A DNA stretch of 64,000 bases from Microbacterium sp. NPDC077663 (GTDB lineage Bacteria; Actinomycetota; Actinomycetes; Actinomycetales; Microbacteriaceae). Positions 29,278 to 39,147 of this stretch are shown one piece after another. The position numbers were made by a program, and so were the translations under genes. The DNA is taken from contig NZ_JBITVE010000002.1 of NCBI RefSeq assembly GCF_044542795.1, forward strand, positions 250,058 to 314,057, read 5' to 3'. Under the pieces are notes generated by a model. It made no database searches. It was not told where the DNA came from and worked only from the letters and a program-made list of their open reading frames with translations. Each line of letters begins with the position of its first letter. Within the stretch, counting starts at the first letter, position 1.

Positions 29278-30666
29278 TCAGGCGCCGCGCAGGCGCGGAG
29301 CGAGGTACGCGTGCAGGTCGGCGAGCGCGATCCGCTCCTGCGCCATCGAGTCGCGGTCGCGGACGGTCACGGCGTCGTCGTCCAGCGAGTCGAAGTCGAC
29401 CGTGACGCAGAACGGCGTGCCGATCTCGTCCTGGCGACGGTACCGGCGACCGATCGCACCGGCGTCGTCGAAGTCGACGTTCCAGCCCTCCGCCCGCAGG
29501 TCGTCGGCCACCTTCCGGGCCAGCGGCGACAGCCGCTCGTTGCGGCTCAGCGGCAGCACGGCCACCTTGACCGGGGCCAGGCGCGGGTCGAGGCCGAGCA
29601 CGGTGCGGGTGTCGGTCCCGCCCTTGGCGTTCGGCACCTCCTCCTCGCGGTAGGCGTCGACGAGGAAGGCCATCATCGCGCGCGTCAGACCGAAGGACGG
29701 CTCGATCACGTAGGGCACGTAGGTCTCGCCCGAGGCCTGATCGAAGTACGTGAGCTTCTGCCCCGACGCCTCGATGTGGCTCGAGAGGTCGTAGTCGGTG
29801 CGGTTGGCGACGCCCATGAGCTCGCCCCACTCCTTGCCGGCGAAGCCGAAGCGGTATTCGACGTCGATCGTGCCGGCGGAGTAGTGCGCGCGGTCCTCTT
29901 CGGGCACGTCGAACTGCCGCATGTTCTCGGGGTCGATGCCGAGGTCGATGAACCAGTCCCAGCACGCCTTCACCCAGTGGTCGAACCACTCCTCGGCTTC
30001 GGCGGGCGGGGTGAAGAACTCGATCTCCATCTGCTCGAACTCGCGCGTGCGGAAGATGAAGTTGCCGGGGGTGATCTCGTTGCGGAACGCCTTGCCGACC
30101 TGGCCGATGCCGAACGGCGGCTTCTTGCGGCTCGCGGTGAGTACGTTCGAGAAGTTCACGAAGATGCCCTGCGCCGTCTCGGGACGCAGGAAGTACAAGC
30201 CGCTCTCGTCGTCGACGACGCCGAGGTAGGTCTTGACGAGACCTGAGAACGACTTGGGCTCGGTGTACTGCCCCTTCGTGCCGCAGTTGGGGCAGGGCAC
30301 GTCGCCCAGCCCGTTCTCGGCCTTGCGCCCCTTACGCGCCTCGAAGTCCTCGATCAAGGTGTCCTCGCGGAAGCGCTTGTGGCACTGCAGGCACTCCACC
30401 AGCGGGTCCGTGAACGTCGCGACGTGACCGGAGGCCTCCCACACCCGCTTGGGCAGGATGATCGACGAGTCGAGCCCGACCATGTCGCCGCGACCGCGGA
30501 CGAAGGTCTGCCACCACTGCTGACGGATGTTCTCCTTCAGCTCGGTGCCGAGGGGGCCGTAGTCCCACGCCGACCGCGACCCGCCGTAGATCTCGCCGGC
30601 CTGGAAGACGAACCCGCGGTGACGGGCGAGGGCGATGACTTTGTCGAGACGGGACTGCTCGGCCAC
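29278..30666 (-). CDS. glyQS: glycine--tRNA ligase (class II, dimeric GlyQS type)
   Basis: GTG start ([29 protein letters not shown]...) with a GGAG RBS. Conserved class II motifs ([17 protein letters not shown]) and an anticodon-binding C-terminus. Confidence 0.85.
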   Translation of the reverse strand: MAEQSRLDKVIALARHRGFVFQAGEIYGGSRSAWDYGPLGTELKENIRQQWWQTFVRGRGDMVGLDSSIILPKRVWEASGHVATFTDPLVECLQCHKRFREDTLIEDFEARKGRKAENGLGDVPCPNCGTKGQYTEPKSFSGLVKTYLGVVDDESGLYFLRPETAQGIFVNFSNVLTASRKKPPFGIGQVGKAFRNEITPGNFIFRTREFEQMEIEFFTPPAEAEEWFDHWVKACWDWFIDLGIDPENMRQFDVPEEDRAHYSAGTIDVEYRFGFAGKEWGELMGVANRTDYDLSSHIEASGQKLTYFDQASGETYVPYVIEPSFGLTRAMMAFLVDAYREEEVPNAKGGTDTRTVLGLDPRLAPVKVAVLPLSRNERLSPLARKVADDLRAEGWNVDFDDAGAIGRRYRRQDEIGTPFCVTVDFDSLDDDAVTVRDRDSMAQERIALADLHAYLAPRLRGA

Positions 30667-30767
30667 GGTGGCTCCAATGGTCGTTGTGAGGGGGTGCGCG
30701 AGAGCGCGGAGGCCGCGACACGCGGCATCCTCCAGTCTATCCGCGCCCGTTCCGGCCGACGACGGGG

Positions 30768-31145
30768 TCAGGAGACGAAGCGGATGCTGAGGGGCGGCGT
30801 GTACCACTGCCCCTGGCTGGCCTTCACGGCGGCCACGATCTCGATCACCAGGGCGAAGATGCCCGCCACGAGCAGCAGGAGGAAGCCGATTCCGATGAAC
30901 GCCAGCGGGATGGAGACGAGGGCGACGATGAGGATCGTCAGCTGGAAGTTGAGGGCCCCGGCGCTGTGAGCACGGATGAACGGACCCCGGTCGCGCATCA
31001 CCAGGTACACGACGAGCGGTCCGAGGAAGGCGAACAGGATGCCGCTGACATGGGTCAACGACGCCCACGTCTTCTCGTCCTCGGGACGCATCGGAGGTGC
31101 GTACGGGGAGGGCGGGACGGGCGGCTGCGGCGGCGGGGTCGTCAT
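30768..31145 (-). CDS. DUF4870 domain-containing membrane protein
   Basis: 125 aa with a Pro-rich N-terminus and two TM helices. Confidence 0.6.
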   Translation of the reverse strand: MTTPPPQPPVPPSPYAPPMRPEDEKTWASLTHVSGILFAFLGPLVVYLVMRDRGPFIRAHSAGALNFQLTILIVALVSIPLAFIGIGFLLLLVAGIFALVIEIVAAVKASQGQWYTPPLSIRFVS

Positions 31146-31273
31146 GGCGTCAGCGTAGGGGCAGGCCTTCTGCCTCCGCGAACCTCGTCACGCGGATGGA
31201 GTAACCGATACGTTCGTGGTGGGCACCTTCTCGGTGCCGCGCCAAGACATCGAGACTCAGGGGGAACTCACGC

Positions 31274-32728
31274 ATGGACGCACTCATCGCCGGAGGGGCG
31301 GTCGTGATCGGCGGCATCGTCGTCGTCGCCGTCATCGTCTTCATCATCATCTTCATGGTGGTCCTGCGCGCCTGGTACAAGGTCGCCAAGGCCGACCAGG
31401 CGCTCGTCATCGTCGGACGCAACCAGAAGAACGCCTCGGGCGACTCCTCGCGGATCTCCGTCATCACCGGCGGCGGTGCTCTCGTCAACCCGCTCACCCA
31501 GCGCGCCGAGATGATCTCGCTGCGTGCCCGCCAGATCAAGATGGAGCCCACCGCGCAGTCGTCCACCGGTGTCACGGTCAACGTGAGCGGTGTGGCGCTC
31601 GTGAAGATCGGATCCGACCCGGAACTCGTCCGCCGCGCAGCCGAGCGATTCCTGTCGCAGGACGGCGCGATCGAGCAGTTCACGACCGAGCAGCTCGAAG
31701 GCGCGCTCCGCGGCGTCGTGGCGACGCTGACCGTCGAGCAGCTGATGAACGACCGTCAGAAGCTGAGCGACCAGATCGCCGACGGCATCAAGAGCGACCT
31801 GCTCTCGCAGGGCCTCATCCTCGACTCGTTCCAGATCCAGGGCGTCACCGACAAGAACGGCTACATCGACGCCCTCGGCGCGACCGAGGTCGAGCGCGTC
31901 CGCCGCGAGGCCGAGGTCGCCCGCATCAACGCGGCCCGCGAGGTGAAGGCCCGTCAGATCGCGACGGACGAAGCCAACCTGATCGAGCAGACCGCGTACG
32001 ACAAGAACTCCGCCGCCGCCGCGGCCGAGGTCGGGCGCGCCCGCGCCGAGGCCGAGCAGGCCGAAGCCCTCGCCCGCGCCGAGCGCGAGCAGGCCGTCCT
32101 CCTGCAGCAGGCCGAGAACCGTCAGGCCCAGCTCGACGCAGACGTCAAGAAGGTCGCCGACGCCTCGCTCTACGAGCGCCAGCGCTCCGCCGACGGTGAC
32201 GCCTACACCCAGGTCAAGGCCGCCGAGGCGCGCGCGCAGATCGCCGCCCAGGAAGCAGAGGCGACGCGCCTGCGCGCCGAGGCCGACGCCGCTGCCGTGC
32301 GCCTCGAGGGTGAGGCCCGCGCTGCGGCCCTCACCGCCGAGGCTCTCGCCCTCGCCGAGAACCAGCAGGCGCTGCTCGCCCAGCGGGCGATCGAGGCGCT
32401 GGTGCCGCTCATGACCGAGTTCGCGCGCGGGTTCGACAAGGTCGGCTCGATCACCGTCCTCGGCGGCGAGGGCGCGTCGAGCCACATCGCGGGCGAGAGC
32501 GCGTCGAGCATGCGTGCCACGTTCGACGCCGTCCAGGCGGCGACCGGCATCGACCTCCGCGGCATCATCCAGGGCCAGGCCACCGGCCGCGGCATCGCCC
32601 AGGGCCTGCAGCACGAGCAGGGCCTGCAGCACGAGCAGGACTCCGCCCCGCTGCGTCGCCGGGCGACGGCTGCTGCGGAACCTGCCGCGACGGAGGCGAC
32701 CGACGCACCGTCACCGGACGCCGTCTGA
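31274..32728 (+). CDS. flotillin family protein (SPFH/band 7 domain)
   Basis: 484 aa with an N-terminal TM helix, an SPFH domain, and a long Ala/Glu-rich coiled-coil of EA repeats. Confidence 0.8.
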   Translation: MDALIAGGAVVIGGIVVVAVIVFIIIFMVVLRAWYKVAKADQALVIVGRNQKNASGDSSRISVITGGGALVNPLTQRAEMISLRARQIKMEPTAQSSTGVTVNVSGVALVKIGSDPELVRRAAERFLSQDGAIEQFTTEQLEGALRGVVATLTVEQLMNDRQKLSDQIADGIKSDLLSQGLILDSFQIQGVTDKNGYIDALGATEVERVRREAEVARINAAREVKARQIATDEANLIEQTAYDKNSAAAAAEVGRARAEAEQAEALARAEREQAVLLQQAENRQAQLDADVKKVADASLYERQRSADGDAYTQVKAAEARAQIAAQEAEATRLRAEADAAAVRLEGEARAAALTAEALALAENQQALLAQRAIEALVPLMTEFARGFDKVGSITVLGGEGASSHIAGESASSMRATFDAVQAATGIDLRGIIQGQATGRGIAQGLQHEQGLQHEQDSAPLRRRATAAAEPAATEATDAPSPDAV

Positions 32729-32741
32729 GACACACCGCACG

Positions 32742-32784
32742 GAACCGGCCGCCCATCGTCGATGGGTGGCCGGTTCGCGTTCTG
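32742..32784 (+). terminator. intrinsic terminator after the flotillin gene
   Basis: 17 bp stem GAACCGGCCGCCCATCG / CGATGGGTGGCCGGTTC (one G-U pair) 14 nt after the stop, followed by GCGTTCTG. Confidence 0.55.
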
Positions 32785-32871
32785 CCGCACGCGGGATCCG
32801 AAGGGGTAGGACGGGCGCGCAAGACTGTCAACCCCGCGCACGGTCCGCGCGGCGGTCCGTAGCGTCGCAGA

Positions 32872-33672
32872 ATGACCTTCACTCCTCGCCGCGCCATCGT
32901 GACCGCTTCCGACTCCGGCATCGGACGTGCCACGGCTCTCGCGCTGGCCGATGCCGGGATGGATGTCGGGGTCACCTGGCACTCCGACGAGGAGGGCGCG
33001 AACGAGACGGCCGCCGAGGTGCGACGCCGCGGCCGGAAGGCCGTCGTCGCACAGTTCGACGCCACCGAGCTGGAGGCGGTGCCCGGCATCGTGCGGGCTC
33101 TCGCAGAGGAGCTCGGCGGTCTCGACGTCTTCGTCAACAACGCCGGCGGCGGGACGGGCGGACCGTTCCTCGACATGGACGTCGCGGGCTGGCGCACCGT
33201 CGTCGGCCTCAACCTCGACGGCGCGTTCGTCGGGATGCACACGGCCGCGAAGCTCATGGCGGAGGCCGGTCAGGAGGGCCGGATCATCGCGGTGACGAGC
33301 GTCCATGGTTCGCAGCCGCGGGTCGGCTCGGCGGCCTACGTCGCCTCGAAGCACGGCCTCGAAGGCCTCGTGAAGACGATGGCGCAGGAGCTCGGCGCGA
33401 GGGGCATCACGGTCAATTCCGTCGCCCCCGGCGAGATCGCGACACCCATCAACGACATGGAGGGCGAGGATGCGGAGACCACCCACCGCCCCGGCATCCC
33501 CATCCCCCGCCCCGGCAAGCCCGAGGAGATCGCCGACGTCATCGCCTTCCTCGCCTCCCCCGCGTCCTCCTACGTGACCGGCGCGACGTGGGTCGTCGAC
33601 GGCGGGATGCTGCAGATGGGCCCGCAGGCGGGCTCCCACATGGAGTCGGACACCTGGCGCGACGCCGGCTGA
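32872..33672 (+). CDS. SDR family oxidoreductase
   Basis: 266 aa with TASDSGIGRA Rossmann motif and YVASKHG active site. Confidence 0.8.
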   Translation: MTFTPRRAIVTASDSGIGRATALALADAGMDVGVTWHSDEEGANETAAEVRRRGRKAVVAQFDATELEAVPGIVRALAEELGGLDVFVNNAGGGTGGPFLDMDVAGWRTVVGLNLDGAFVGMHTAAKLMAEAGQEGRIIAVTSVHGSQPRVGSAAYVASKHGLEGLVKTMAQELGARGITVNSVAPGEIATPINDMEGEDAETTHRPGIPIPRPGKPEEIADVIAFLASPASSYVTGATWVVDGGMLQMGPQAGSHMESDTWRDAG

Positions 33673-33710
33673 CGACGACCGACGTCGCCGGCCGGGGATA
33701 GCCTGGAGGG

Positions 33711-35144
33711 ATGGCTCCGGACGACAGACGCAGACTCACCCGGATGCCACGACAGGGCGCGATCGTCGCGGTTCTGGCGATCGCGGGGCTCGCGTCGTCG
33801 TTCATGTTCACTCTCGTGGTGCCGATCCAGTCGAAGCTGCCCGAGCTGCTGAACGCGAGCCGCGAGGACACCGCCTGGGTCGTGACGGCGACGCTGCTCG
33901 CTGCGGCCGTCTTCACCCCGATCGCGGGCCGGCTGGGCGACATGTACGGCAAGCGCCGCATCGTCCTCGTGCTCCTGGGGCTGCTGATCCTCGGGTCGGT
34001 GATTGCAGCGCTGTCGCCGGGAATCGGCGGCGTCATCGTCGGGCGCGCCCTGCAGGGAGCCGTGACCGGTGTCGTGCCGCTCGGGATCTCGATCATGCGC
34101 GACGTCCTCCACGAGGACCGGGTGGATGCCGCGATCGCCTTCATGTCGGCGACGCTGGGGGTCGGCGGTGCCGTCGGCATGCCCGTGAGCGCGATCATCA
34201 CCGAGACGAGCGACTGGCACGTCCTGTTCTGGATGGCTGCCGGCCTCGGCGCTGTCGTGTTCGTCCTCGTCGTCCTCGTGGTGCCGCCGAGCGTGCTGCG
34301 CACGGCGGGTCGCTTCGACTTCGCCGGCGCGGCAGGGCTCGCCATCGGCCTCACCGGCGTGCTGCTCGCCGTCTCACGCGGCAACGAGTGGGGCTGGACC
34401 TCGCCCGCGACCCTCGCGCTCGGCATCGGCGGGCTCGTCGTGCTGCTCGCGTGGGGATGGTTCGAGCTCCGCATCCGCGAACCGCTGCTCGACCTGCGCG
34501 TCGCGGCGCGGCCCGCCGTGCTGTTGACCAACCTCGCCTCGGTCGCGATGGGCTTCTCGCTGTTCGGCTCGAACGTGTCGTACCCGCAGATGCTCGAGTT
34601 GCCGGCATCCGTCGGCGGGTTCGGACTCACCCTCTTCCAGGCCAGCCTGATCGTCATGCCCGCCGGCCTCGTGATGATGGTGCTCTCGCCGTTCTCGGGG
34701 CGCCTCGCCCGGACGATCGGACCGCGGGTGCTGCTGATCATGGGCGCGAGCGCCCTCATCGTCGCGTACGGGTATTCACTGCTGTGGGCGTCGGAGGTGT
34801 GGCACATCCTCGTCGCCAACCTCCTCATCGGCGTGGGGATCGGCTTCGGCTACGCCGGGATGCCGATGCTCATCATGCGCTCGGTGCCGCAGAGCGAGAC
34901 GGGCGCCTCGAACGGGCTCAACGCCCTGTTCCGCTCGCTCGGCACCTCGATCGCCGCGGCGGTCGTGGGTGCGGTGCTCGCCGCACTCTCGACGACGCAG
35001 GGCGGCGTCGCGGTGCCGACGCCGGCGGCGTTCCAGGTCTCGTTCGCCCTCGGCCTCGGGGCCGCCGTCATCGCGCTCGGGGTCGCTTTGTTCATCCCGC
35101 AGCAACGCGACCCGCACGAGGCGCATCCGTCGCTCCCGCGCTGA
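33711..35144 (+). CDS. MFS transporter (DHA2/EmrB-like, about 14 TM)
   Basis: 477 aa with MFS motif A (GRLGDMYGKRR). An alternative start lies at 33744 (MPRQGAIVAV). Confidence 0.75.
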   Translation: MAPDDRRRLTRMPRQGAIVAVLAIAGLASSFMFTLVVPIQSKLPELLNASREDTAWVVTATLLAAAVFTPIAGRLGDMYGKRRIVLVLLGLLILGSVIAALSPGIGGVIVGRALQGAVTGVVPLGISIMRDVLHEDRVDAAIAFMSATLGVGGAVGMPVSAIITETSDWHVLFWMAAGLGAVVFVLVVLVVPPSVLRTAGRFDFAGAAGLAIGLTGVLLAVSRGNEWGWTSPATLALGIGGLVVLLAWGWFELRIREPLLDLRVAARPAVLLTNLASVAMGFSLFGSNVSYPQMLELPASVGGFGLTLFQASLIVMPAGLVMMVLSPFSGRLARTIGPRVLLIMGASALIVAYGYSLLWASEVWHILVANLLIGVGIGFGYAGMPMLIMRSVPQSETGASNGLNALFRSLGTSIAAAVVGAVLAALSTTQGGVAVPTPAAFQVSFALGLGAAVIALGVALFIPQQRDPHEAHPSLPR

Positions 35145-35154
35145 CGCGGGTCGG

Positions 35155-35290
35155 GTGTCGCGGCCCGGGCGGCACGCGATGGGCGGGCGTCCCGGGCCGG
35201 GCGTCACGCGATGCAATGGATGCCGGGCGACACGCCGCGGCATCCGCTCTCGCGCCGGGGTGTCGCGGCGGATCTGTTGCATCCGTTGAC
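35155..35290. repeat. copy A of the roughly 90 bp MITE/REP-like repeat, with a partial 5' duplication
   Basis: GTCACGCGATGCAATGGATGCCGGGCG...GGCATCCGCTC...GTGTCGCGGCGGATCTGTTGCATCCGT is nearly identical to 52738-52826. It is preceded by a partial duplicate (GGCACGCGATGGGCGGGCG) and lies between two convergent MFS genes. Confidence 0.6.
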
Positions 35291-35303
35291 GCGGGGGCGC
35301 GGG

Positions 35304-36509
35304 TCAGCGGCGGCGGGCCCCGGCGAGCAGGGCGGCGACCACCAGGGCGAGGGCGATGAGCACGGCGCCGGCCGAGAGTGCGGTGGCGCCCGTCGGGTGC
35401 GCGGCGCCGCCGACGAGGTCGCCGAGCCAGGGACCCGCGGCGATGCCGACGTTGAAGGTGACGACCACTCCGGCGCTGGCGAGCGTGCGGGTGCGGTCGG
35501 TCGCGATGCGCATGAGCATCGATTGCTGCAGCGGGAAGTACGCACCGATCGTGAGGCCCCACACCGCGAGCGCGACGTACATGAGCGGGGTGTCGGCCGC
35601 GAAGCTCAGGATGCCGAAGGCCACCACCAGGCTCGCGAGGGCGGTGATGAGCGATCCGCGCGGCCACCGATCGGCCAGGGGCCCGGCTGCCACGACACCG
35701 ACGAGGCCCGCCGCCCCGTAGGCGAACAGCAGCACGGGGACCTGAGCCTCCGGCGCGCCCGCCGAGACCTCGAGCAGGGGACGCACGTAGGTGAAGGTCG
35801 CGAACTGCGCGAGCGCGAAGACCAGGGCCGCTGCCGCGAAGAGCACGATCGGCACGAGCGAGGCATCCGTCCCCGTTGGCTGCTCCGCTCGCGGCAGCGC
35901 GGGCTCGGGCGTCCGGCGCGGCAGCCGGACCGCGATGGCTGCGGCGAGCGCGAAGGCGACGATCGCGAGGACGCCGAACGACCAGCGCCACGACAGCAGC
36001 TGCGCGATGAGGGCGCCGGCCGGCAGACCCGCGAGGGTCGCCACGGTGCCGCCGGCCGTCACGAGCGCGAGTCCGCGCCCGAGGTGCGAGGGAGCGAGCA
36101 GCGAGGTCGCGTACACGATGACGATCGCCCAGAAGAGGCCGTGCGCGACTCCGGCCGCGATACGGGTCGCGACGGCGACCTCGTAGGTCGGGGCGAGGGC
36201 GGTCGCGGCGTTGGCGACCGCGAAGGCCGCGAGGGCGCCGGCGGCCACGAGACGGCGGTCGAAACGAGCGGTCAGGCGGGCGAGCGGGATGCTCGTGACG
36301 ATGACCGTCAGTGCCCACACCGAGATGAGCAGTCCCACCCCGAGCGGGTCGGTCTGCAGCCCCTCGACCATCTCGGGCAGCAGACCCGCCGGCAGTGACT
36401 CGGCCGTGACGGTCACGAAGACGGCGAGGCTGAGCAGCAGGAGGGCTCCGAGCGGGAACCGCGGCGCAGAGGTCGCCGTGGTGGGGACGGAGGCGGTGGA
36501 CGTGCTCAT
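35304..36509 (-). CDS. MFS transporter (12 TM, sugar/drug efflux-like)
   Basis: Start at the internal ATG (MSTSTASVPTT...); 401 aa; divergent from a MerR regulator. Confidence 0.75.
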   Translation of the reverse strand: MSTSTASVPTTATSAPRFPLGALLLLSLAVFVTVTAESLPAGLLPEMVEGLQTDPLGVGLLISVWALTVIVTSIPLARLTARFDRRLVAAGALAAFAVANAATALAPTYEVAVATRIAAGVAHGLFWAIVIVYATSLLAPSHLGRGLALVTAGGTVATLAGLPAGALIAQLLSWRWSFGVLAIVAFALAAAIAVRLPRRTPEPALPRAEQPTGTDASLVPIVLFAAAALVFALAQFATFTYVRPLLEVSAGAPEAQVPVLLFAYGAAGLVGVVAAGPLADRWPRGSLITALASLVVAFGILSFAADTPLMYVALAVWGLTIGAYFPLQQSMLMRIATDRTRTLASAGVVVTFNVGIAAGPWLGDLVGGAAHPTGATALSAGAVLIALALVVAALLAGARRR

Positions 36510-36518
36510 GCCTCGAGC

Positions 36519-36547
36519 GTAGAGTCTCACATCAATGTGAAGGTCAA
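36519..36547 (-). promoter_or_regulatory. MerR-type promoter: TTGACC -35 box followed by a 12 bp perfect palindrome in the spacer
   Basis: The minus strand reads TTGACCttCACATTGATGTGagacTCTACG immediately upstream of the MFS start. CACATCAATGTG is a perfect palindrome at 36528-36539. Confidence 0.4.
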
Positions 36548-36565
36548 GCGGCGAGCGGAGACGCG

Positions 36566-36940
36566 ATGAGGATCGGCGAGGTCACGGCGCGCACCGGCAT
36601 CCCGCAACGGATGCTGCGCTACTACGAGGAGCAGGGACTGCTCGCCTCGGACCGCGCCGGCAACGGCTACCGCGAGTACGACGACGACGCGGTCGAGCGC
36701 GCGCAGCGCGTGCGCGGGCTGATCCAGGCGGGGTTGTCCACCCGCATGGTCAAGGTCGTCCTCGACCTCGAGGCGGACTGCCGGATGACGCAGCCGCCCT
36801 CGTGCACGCGGGCTCTCGCGGAGGAGCTCGCCGCGGAGCTGCAGGCCCTCGACGATCGGCTCGCCTGCCTGACGAAGAGTCGTGACGCGGTCGCGATGTA
36901 CCTCGGGCGCTCTGCCCACGCCGACCTCCTGGCGCACTAG
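36566..36940 (+). CDS. MerR family transcriptional regulator
   Basis: N-terminal HTH (MRIGEVTARTGIPQRMLRYYEEQGLL) and a coiled-coil dimerisation region; 124 aa. Confidence 0.8.
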   Translation: MRIGEVTARTGIPQRMLRYYEEQGLLASDRAGNGYREYDDDAVERAQRVRGLIQAGLSTRMVKVVLDLEADCRMTQPPSCTRALAEELAAELQALDDRLACLTKSRDAVAMYLGRSAHADLLAH

Positions 36941-37002
36941 CACGTCGCACGATTCGGGACAGCCCCATCGCGGCGTCCCGCGCCGCGCGCGAGGATGGGA
37001 TC

Positions 37003-37272
37003 ATGTCCTACGCCACCGAACGCCGCTCGAACCCGACCGCCTGGGCCGCCTTCTGGGTCGGTCTGCTCGGTCTCATCCTCATGCCGATCCCGCTGTTCAT
37101 CGGCTTCTTCCTCGGCGGCGGGCTCTCGATCGTCGCCGCGATCCTCGTCGTGATCGCTCTGCTGAAGGGCCTCGCGCGCAGCGGCAGAGGCATCGCCCCC
37201 GTCGTCTTCGCGGCGATCTTCGTGCTGCTGACCTGGGGCGGGATCTCCATCGGCGGCGGCACCGTCTGGTGA
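37003..37272 (+). CDS. hypothetical small membrane protein (2 TM)
   Basis: 89 aa hydrophobic ORF. Confidence 0.45.
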   Translation: MSYATERRSNPTAWAAFWVGLLGLILMPIPLFIGFFLGGGLSIVAAILVVIALLKGLARSGRGIAPVVFAAIFVLLTWGGISIGGGTVW

Positions 37273-37289
37273 CGCCCGCCTGAGCGCGC

Positions 37290-38423
37290 TCAGCGCCGCA
37301 GCGTCTCGCGCGCGACGGTGAACCGCTCCAGCAGCGCCTCGTCGACCTCGACCCCGAGCCCCGGCCCGGTCGGGACGCGGACGTGCCCGTCCTCGAGGAC
37401 GGCGGGCTCGGTCACGATGTCGTCGCGGTAGAACCGGGCGGATGCCGAGACGTCGCCCGGCAGCGTGAACGCGGGGTGCGCGGCGAGCGCCGCATTCGCC
37501 GCGCGTCCGATGCCGGTCTCGAGCATGCCGCCGCACCACACCGGGATTCCCGCCGCCTCGCAGAGGTCGGCGATGCGCAGCGCCTCGAGGTAGCCGCCCA
37601 CCCGACCGGCCTTGACGTTGATGACCGTCGTCGCGCCGAGGGCCAGCGCGTCGCGCGCGGCCTTGGCCGAGGTGATTGACTCGTCGAGGCAGATCGGGGT
37701 CTTGAGGTGCTGAGCGAGCGCAGCATGGTCGACGATGTCGTCCTCCTGCAGCGGCTGCTCGATGAGCAGGAGCCCGAAGCGGTCGAGCTGCGCGAGCAGG
37801 TCAGCGTCGGCGAGCGTGTAGGCGGAGTTCGCGTCGACCTGCAGGGGGACGTCCGGGAACGCGAAGCGCACGGCATCCGTCTCGGCGATGTCGCGACCGG
37901 GCTTGATCTTGATCTTGATCCGCACGTACCCCTCGTCGACGTAGCCGCGGACGGTCTCGACCAGCGCGGCGGGGTCGGATTGGATGCCGACGCTCACCCC
38001 CGACGGAATGGTCGCCGCCGTCGCACCGAGGTACGACGCGAACGAGCGCCCCTCGGCCCGCAGCGCCGCGTCGAGGATCGCGAGTTCGAGCCCCGCCTTC
38101 GCCATGCGATGGCCGACGAACGGCTCGAGCGTCGGGGCGACCTCCTCGGGAGCGAGGTCGCGGCGGTCGAGCAGGGCGGGAACGAGCCAGCGCGTCGCGA
38201 CGTCCCACGCGCCGTGCGTGTACTCGCTCGAATAGAGCGGCGCGTTCTGCGTGACGATCTCGCCCCACCCCTCGCCCGCCTCGGTGCGCGCGCGGACGAC
38301 GATGACCTCGCGAACGGTCTCGGTCCCGAAGGACGTGGTGAACGGGGCGACGAGCGGCAGGTGCAGCACCCGCAGCTCGATCTCGTCGAGGCGGACGGAT
38401 GCGGCGGACTGGGCGAGCGGCAT
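37290..38423 (-). CDS. o-succinylbenzoate synthase / N-succinylamino acid racemase (enolase superfamily, MLE subgroup)
   Basis: 377 aa with metal-ligand and catalytic Lys regions (IKIKIKPG ... DANSAY ... IEQP ... CLDES ... NVK). It lies next to a GNAT gene. Confidence 0.75.
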   Translation of the reverse strand: MPLAQSAASVRLDEIELRVLHLPLVAPFTTSFGTETVREVIVVRARTEAGEGWGEIVTQNAPLYSSEYTHGAWDVATRWLVPALLDRRDLAPEEVAPTLEPFVGHRMAKAGLELAILDAALRAEGRSFASYLGATAATIPSGVSVGIQSDPAALVETVRGYVDEGYVRIKIKIKPGRDIAETDAVRFAFPDVPLQVDANSAYTLADADLLAQLDRFGLLLIEQPLQEDDIVDHAALAQHLKTPICLDESITSAKAARDALALGATTVINVKAGRVGGYLEALRIADLCEAAGIPVWCGGMLETGIGRAANAALAAHPAFTLPGDVSASARFYRDDIVTEPAVLEDGHVRVPTGPGLGVEVDEALLERFTVARETLRR

Positions 38424-38427
38424 GGGG

Positions 38428-39129
38428 TCAGGCTACGCGGGGGACGAAGAGGTAGCCCTCGCCGGTGCGGAACCCGCCGACCACGAGCCCCGCGTCGAGC
38501 TGCGCCCGGAACGCGGCGCGCACCTCGTGACGTGCGCGCGCAGCGCCATCCGGATCCGTTCGACGGAGGCCTTCGATGTCGGTCGGGATCGCGACGGTGG
38601 CGACGACCTCCTCGGGCGCGGGCGTCGGCACGGGCGAGGCGAGGTGCCACGCGACGTGCAACCGGTCGCTCTCGTCGCCGCGGTTGATCGCGTCGCCCAT
38701 GTCGCCGTAGTGGTCGACGAGGTAGTCGGTGACCCGGGCACCGAGGACCTCGAGGTTGAAGTGGGCGTTGCGGGCGATGAGCGGGTCGAACGTCCAGGTG
38801 ATGGTGCCCACGTCGCGGATGAATGCCCACTCCCGCTGGTGCGCCTTCAGCGCGCGTCCGATGCCCTGCGCCTGCGCGTCGGGGAGCACACCCGTCACGT
38901 GGGAGTGCATGCTGCGGGATGCCGGGGGGCCGAAGAACGCCGCCGAGGCGCCGACCATGCGGTCACCGTCATAGACCCCGACGACGTAGTTGCCGGAGTG
39001 TTCGAGCGCGCGCAGGAGGTTGGGCGGCATCCCACCGTCCGGCGAGCCCCAGACCGCCTCGAACACGGCGCTCGCGGCGACCATGTCGTGGATCGTGTGC
39101 AGTTCGCGGATGTCGAGCCCGTCAGCCAT
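38428..39129 (-). CDS. GNAT family acyltransferase
   Basis: 233 aa with an acyl-CoA-binding motif (AQGIGRALK); 4 bp from the downstream NSAR/OSBS gene. Confidence 0.7.
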   Translation of the reverse strand: MADGLDIRELHTIHDMVAASAVFEAVWGSPDGGMPPNLLRALEHSGNYVVGVYDGDRMVGASAAFFGPPASRSMHSHVTGVLPDAQAQGIGRALKAHQREWAFIRDVGTITWTFDPLIARNAHFNLEVLGARVTDYLVDHYGDMGDAINRGDESDRLHVAWHLASPVPTPAPEEVVATVAIPTDIEGLRRTDPDGAARARHEVRAAFRAQLDAGLVVGGFRTGEGYLFVPRVA

Positions 39130-39147
39130 GCCGCCACGCTACGCCCG

